This document shows positions 58,730 through 64,000 of a DNA stretch of 64,000 nt, one piece after another. Made by a program: the position numbers and the translations under genes. Below the pieces are notes generated by a model. It was given only the letters and a program-made list of their open reading frames with translations. It did not search any database and had not been told where the DNA came from. The stretch covers positions 10,440 through 74,439 of the forward strand of contig CALJGK010000031.1 in assembly GCA_938075195.1 (NCBI GenBank). The letters are read 5' to 3'. How positions within the stretch are numbered: the first letter of the stretch is position 1; every line of letters begins with the position of its first letter. This DNA comes from an uncultured SAR86 cluster bacterium (GTDB lineage: Bacteria > Pseudomonadota > Gammaproteobacteria > Magnimaribacterales > Magnimaribacteraceae).

Positions 58730-60124
58730 TTATTTGCTTTGACTCTCTAGTTCCATTCTTAGCTCTTGGTGTTTTTCTTTCGTAAGTGGGTAGTACCAAG
58801 TTAAAAATAAAGCTGGTAAGAAAAAAGCTGCACAGCCCAAACAATACAATGTCCTTAGGGCTAATAATGAATCTTCATTATTATCAATACCAGGAATAAA
58901 TCCTGAAAAATCTACTAATATAGCCGCTGCCCAAATTGCTAGCATCGCTGATATTTTAGCTATCATTCCATTCAAAGCAAAGAAAGTCCCTGCACGTCTA
59001 CCACCTGTTTTAAGAGAATCTAAGTCCACAACATCAGCAAGCATGGAAGCCGGAAGGAATTGCAGTCCACCAAAACAGAAACCTTTAAGAAGAAACAATA
59101 TATGGAACTGATTAAAATCTCCTCTTTCAAGAAAGAAACATAAGAAACTAACTGTTCCTGTGCCTACAAGTGTTATACAAAAAGCCCTATGCTTTCCTAG
59201 TACTTTACCTAACCACAGCCAGAAAGGTATTCCTATCAAACCTGCAATAAAGTATCTTGCGTAAGATGCTCCAATGGTCTCTATTCCAATAACATCTCTG
59301 ACGAACCAAAGAGATAAGGTATTTCTAAATGATTCTCCTGCAATAACTAAGAATATAATTAATAAGATTCTTACTAAAAGAGGATTTTCTGCTGCATACT
59401 TGAGGCCTTCAAATAAAGGAATCTTTTTTTCCATCTTAGGCATAGGATCGGGAACTTTCCAGAGTGCCCACGCTGCAAATATTGGTAATAACAATATAAT
59501 ACCTATTCCCATACTGGCCAGGATGTCGGACATTTTTCCAGATGTAGAAAAGTCTTGAAAGACAAAGATTGCTGCAAGCATTCTCTGTATAGAATCAAAG
59601 AAACTTATTCCTTGTCCTGAAACTTCTATTGCAAGAGGAATAAGAGCTGAGATTAGTAGACCAATTAAAGTCCATCCCTCTCTTCCTCCTACCACTCTAG
59701 ATCGTTGATGATAATCAGGAGAGATTTCTGCCCCCCAAGCACCATAAGGAATAGTGATTATTGTTGAACCCAAGTACATGAGCATCATGTATAAAACAAA
59801 GTAAGTTATAGAAACTTCACCACCTGGGATAAATAATTTATAAATAGCGAACATCATCAGCGGAACCCCTAGGATAATCCAAGGCTTTCTTCTTCCAATA
59901 GATGTCTTCGTAGAGTCACCTAATTGTCCAAGTATGGGATCTGTAATCACATCTGTGAATCTTGCTATTAAGAGCAAGTTAGCAATGATATAAAGAGGTA
60001 TTCCTACAACTTCTGCATAGAATGGAATTAGCCAAATTGCTATTGGATAACCAATCATAGCTAGCGGAGTTGCTAGCCCTCCATATGCAAATATTGTATT
60101 ACGCTTTACTGTCGCAGTACTCAT
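58730..60124 (-). CDS. MFS transporter, GPH (glycoside-pentoside-hexuronide:cation symporter) type
   Basis: RFTDVITDP..G..D, GRRKPW, SMLADVVD, YPLT; many TM segments. Confidence 0.88.
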   Translation of the reverse strand: MSTATVKRNTIFAYGGLATPLAMIGYPIAIWLIPFYAEVVGIPLYIIANLLLIARFTDVITDPILGQLGDSTKTSIGRRKPWIILGVPLMMFAIYKLFIPGGEVSITYFVLYMMLMYLGSTIITIPYGAWGAEISPDYHQRSRVVGGREGWTLIGLLISALIPLAIEVSGQGISFFDSIQRMLAAIFVFQDFSTSGKMSDILASMGIGIILLLPIFAAWALWKVPDPMPKMEKKIPLFEGLKYAAENPLLVRILLIIFLVIAGESFRNTLSLWFVRDVIGIETIGASYARYFIAGLIGIPFWLWLGKVLGKHRAFCITLVGTGTVSFLCFFLERGDFNQFHILFLLKGFCFGGLQFLPASMLADVVDLDSLKTGGRRAGTFFALNGMIAKISAMLAIWAAAILVDFSGFIPGIDNNEDSLLALRTLYCLGCAAFFLPALFLTWYYPLTKEKHQELRMELESQSK

Positions 60125-60173
60125 AAAACTCCCCTAGAAATATCATATTTCCAAACTATATTATAGTTTTGAG

Positions 60174-61877
<1,704 letters not shown>

Positions 61878-61931
61878 TCAGATTAGTTTTTGATTGGCTT
61901 TAAAAGCCTAAAGTAACACCCGGTAGACTCT

Positions 61932-61991
61932 TTAAAAAGAGACCGGGTAAGTCAGTCGGAGTAACTTATTATCACTTATGACTAAAATCAT
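61932..61991 (-). CDS. Putative leuA leader peptide MILVISDNKLLRLTYPVSF (19 aa)
   Basis: ATG 7 nt after predicted -10; 8 of 19 residues Ile/Leu/Val; overlaps anti-SD and anti-start sequences of leuA. Confidence 0.55.
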   Translation of the reverse strand: MILVISDNKLLRLTYPVSF

Positions 61992-61998
61992 GCGCAAT

Positions 61999-62027
61999 AG
62001 CTTATATACGCGGTCTTATCAGGTCAA
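61999..62027 (-). promoter_or_regulatory. sigma70 promoter for leuA leader
   Basis: Minus strand TTGACC-17 bp-TAAGCT. Confidence 0.6.
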
Positions 62028-62064
62028 GTTGAGACTTTTTTTTCATAGAGTAGAATCTACATAT

Positions 62065-62460
62065 ATGACATCTCAAGAAGAAAGGTTAAACCATTTAGGT
62101 ATTAGTATTTGGAAGAAAATACCAAAACCCAACTACTCTGATCATGTAGATGGCTACTCAATAGAAAATAAGTATTTATTTTTCTTTAGCCACTCTATCG
62201 AACCTGAATCAGAAAATAATAAGATATTATTTTTAAAAACATTAGCTATATCGCTGGGGATAAAAAATGTTTCAAAGATTACGGTACTAGACGAAATACC
62301 TTCAATAAAACATATCTTCTTATTGGGTGCAAAATTACCTTCATATCTTCAGGAACAGAAAGATTTTAGTATTACAGAGCTTTCATCCATCGATGAAATA
62401 TGTTCCTCTGGAGAAAGCAAAAGTAATTTTTTGGCTTCCGTAAAGCAAACCATTAATTAG
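62065..62460 (+). CDS. Probable DNA polymerase III psi subunit (HolD-like; start revised to ATG 62065)
   Basis: N-terminus MTSQEERLNHLGISIW resembles E. coli psi MTSRRDWQLQQLGITQW; directly upstream of rimI as in holD-rimI. Confidence 0.6.
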   Translation: MTSQEERLNHLGISIWKKIPKPNYSDHVDGYSIENKYLFFFSHSIEPESENNKILFLKTLAISLGIKNVSKITVLDEIPSIKHIFLLGAKLPSYLQEQKDFSITELSSIDEICSSGESKSNFLASVKQTIN

Positions 62461-62468
62461 TATTTCAA

Positions 62469-62945
62469 TTGGACTACTCCTACCTAGATCAAAGTCACTT
62501 AGACTCCATTTTGGAGATAGAAAATGAATCTAATCCTTTTCCATGGACGGAGGGCAACTTTAAAGACTGCTTAGATAAAGGTTACTATTCACTTGCTTTG
62601 GAAGATAAGAACAAATTCATTGGATTTGCGATTATGGCTATATCTACAGATGAATCCCATTTACTTAATATTGGTATTAATAAAAATGAAAGAGGAATGG
62701 GATATGGAGAGAAGTTATTAAAAAAAATGATAATAGCCGCTGAGGTAATGGGTAGTAAAAAAATTATACTAGAGGTCAGGTTATCAAATAAAACTGCCTA
62801 TCAACTTTACAAAAAGCTTGGATTTGAAGAAATAGGGATAAGAAAAAAATACTACAGATTGCCTGAGGGCAGAGAAGACGCATTTGTATTATCTAAATCA
62901 CTCAAGAGGGATTTAATAAGTAAGTTCTTCTTTTCGAGTGATTAA
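62469..62945 (+). CDS. rimI: Ribosomal protein S18 alanine N-acetyltransferase (TTG start)
   Basis: GNAT: PW, HLLNIGI...RGMGYG, LEVRLSN, GIRKKYY...EDA. Confidence 0.92.
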   Translation: MDYSYLDQSHLDSILEIENESNPFPWTEGNFKDCLDKGYYSLALEDKNKFIGFAIMAISTDESHLLNIGINKNERGMGYGEKLLKKMIIAAEVMGSKKIILEVRLSNKTAYQLYKKLGFEEIGIRKKYYRLPEGREDAFVLSKSLKRDLISKFFFSSD

Positions 62946-63424
62946 AGAATTTTTGCTATGTCAGATTCTATCTTTTCAGGAGTAGTGGAAGGCGCATATC
63001 TGGCAACAGGCTCTCCATTTTTATTTATTAGAAATTTAGTAAAATTCCATTTTATTTTTTCAGAGCCTAATAAACCCTTCTTCTCCTTAGTCAAGAATTC
63101 AAACAAAGGATGGGCCTCATCACCATTGACATCTACTTTGCTAAAAACAGGAAAAGTATTTGAATAGTTGAGTGAACAGAACTCTACTATTTCTTCATTT
63201 GTCCCTGGTTCTTGTCCGCCGAACTGATTGCAGGGAAAGGCGAGGACCGAAAATGTATCTGACCCATATTTTTTCTGTAGTTTTTCTAGCCCTTCATATT
63301 GAGGAGTAAAACCACATTTACTAGCAGTATTCACAATTAATAATGCCTTTCCTTCATAGTCGCTTAAATTGACTGGTTGACCTTTAGAGTCTTCACAAGA
63401 GAATTGATAAATGTTTTTGGTCAT
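62942..63424 (-). CDS. Glutathione peroxidase (Cys type)
   Basis: VNTASKCGFTPQY, FPCNQFGGQEPG, WNFTKFL. Confidence 0.96.
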   Translation of the reverse strand: MTKNIYQFSCEDSKGQPVNLSDYEGKALLIVNTASKCGFTPQYEGLEKLQKKYGSDTFSVLAFPCNQFGGQEPGTNEEIVEFCSLNYSNTFPVFSKVDVNGDEAHPLFEFLTKEKKGLLGSEKIKWNFTKFLINKNGEPVARYAPSTTPEKIESDIAKIL

Positions 63425-63480
63425 TTTGTTACTAATTTTTTTATAATGATCAATTATAGCAATATTAAAAGGAGAGAAGG

Positions 63481-64000
63481 GTGGAATATAGAAAGCTTGG
63501 AAAAACTGATCTAGATGTAAGTGTCATTTGTTTAGGGACAATGACTTGGGGCGAACAAAATACTTTTGAGGAAGGATATGAGCAAATGGATTATGCGGTT
63601 GATCAGGGTGTCAACTTCTTCGACACTGCCGAATTGTATCCAATACCTCCAAAGCCTGATACGCAAGGTAAAACTGAAGAATGTATAGGTAATTGGTTTA
63701 AGAAAACAGGGCAACGGGATAAAATAATTTTAGCCTCTAAAGTAGCTGGCAGGGCCCCAATGAATTGGTTCAGAGGCGAATGGACTCTTTTAGATCGAGA
63801 AAATATTGAAAGTGCTATTGATGCCAGTTTATTAAGATTACAAACAGATTATATAGATGTCTATCAACTCCATTGGCCTGACCGCAGGATGAGTATGTTT
63901 GGGGCTGATGGATTAGGCTATAAGCATTACGAAGCTGAAACAATTCCAATTCTAGAAACTTTAAAAGTCCTCTCTGATTTAGTTAAAGCAGGAAAAATAA
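63481..64000 (+). CDS. Aldo/keto reductase, Tas-like (GTG start, runs off window end; not in ORF track)
   Basis: Hand translation MEYRKLGKTDLDVSVICLGTMTWGEQN...FDTAELYP...LASKVAG...LQTDYIDVYQLHWP; SD AGGAG. Confidence 0.92.
   Translation, partial: MEYRKLGKTDLDVSVICLGTMTWGEQNTFEEGYEQMDYAVDQGVNFFDTAELYPIPPKPDTQGKTEECIGNWFKKTGQRDKIILASKVAGRAPMNWFRGEWTLLDRENIESAIDASLLRLQTDYIDVYQLHWPDRRMSMFGADGLGYKHYEAETIPILETLKVLSDLVKAGKI

Noticed and set aside
61955-61980. GATAAT-containing Fur-box-like sequence in the leuA leader
   Set aside because: Only about 11/19 match to consensus, expected by chance at this AT content, and better explained by uORF codons.
61978-62064. N-terminal extension MTKIMRNS... 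of ORF 61978-62460, which mimics the LeuA start MTKI
   Set aside because: The similarity comes from the inverted repeat in the leuA leader; the segment overlaps two promoters and the likely start is ATG 62065.
62942-63424. Possible selenocysteine recoding in glutathione peroxidase
   Set aside because: The active-site codon is Cys (ASKCG) and the ORF has no in-frame TGA.

Overview
Core housekeeping window from a compact, AT-rich gammaproteobacterial chromosome. Gene order, short spacers and protein sequences fit a streamlined marine lineage such as SAR86; that placement is inference. Order: 3' part of rpoC; str cluster (rpsL-rpsG-fusA, no tuf); fused S10-spc-alpha ribosomal protein cluster, including rpmD and rpmJ that the ORF track missed; uvrA/ssb; fabB-fabA; ispB; rplU-rpmA-obgE-proB; rpsT; GT9 glycosyltransferase, SMP-30 lactonase and MarC; tmRNA and smpB; an orphan membrane protein; NSS transporter; bamE/fur; sigma32-type grpE-dnaK-dnaJ-dapB; rpsB-tsf-frr (no pyrH) through uppS-cdsA-dxr-rseP-bamA-skp-lpxD-fabZ-lpxA-lpxB-rnhB-dnaE-accA-tilS; crotonase; GPH/MFS transporter; leuA; holD-like gene; rimI; glutathione peroxidase; partial Tas aldo-keto reductase. 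I saw no mobile element, CRISPR array, rRNA, tRNA, intein or defence system, and no new multi-gene system. The most interesting element is a probable translational attenuator upstream of leuA: an apparently leaderless Ile/Leu/Val-rich uORF whose codons are complementary to the leuA Shine-Dalgarno and start codon. Also notable: clean absence of pyrH, tuf, recN and ratAB from conserved positions, several leaderless-looking genes, symmetric -10 elements, and convergent junctions with no room for terminators.
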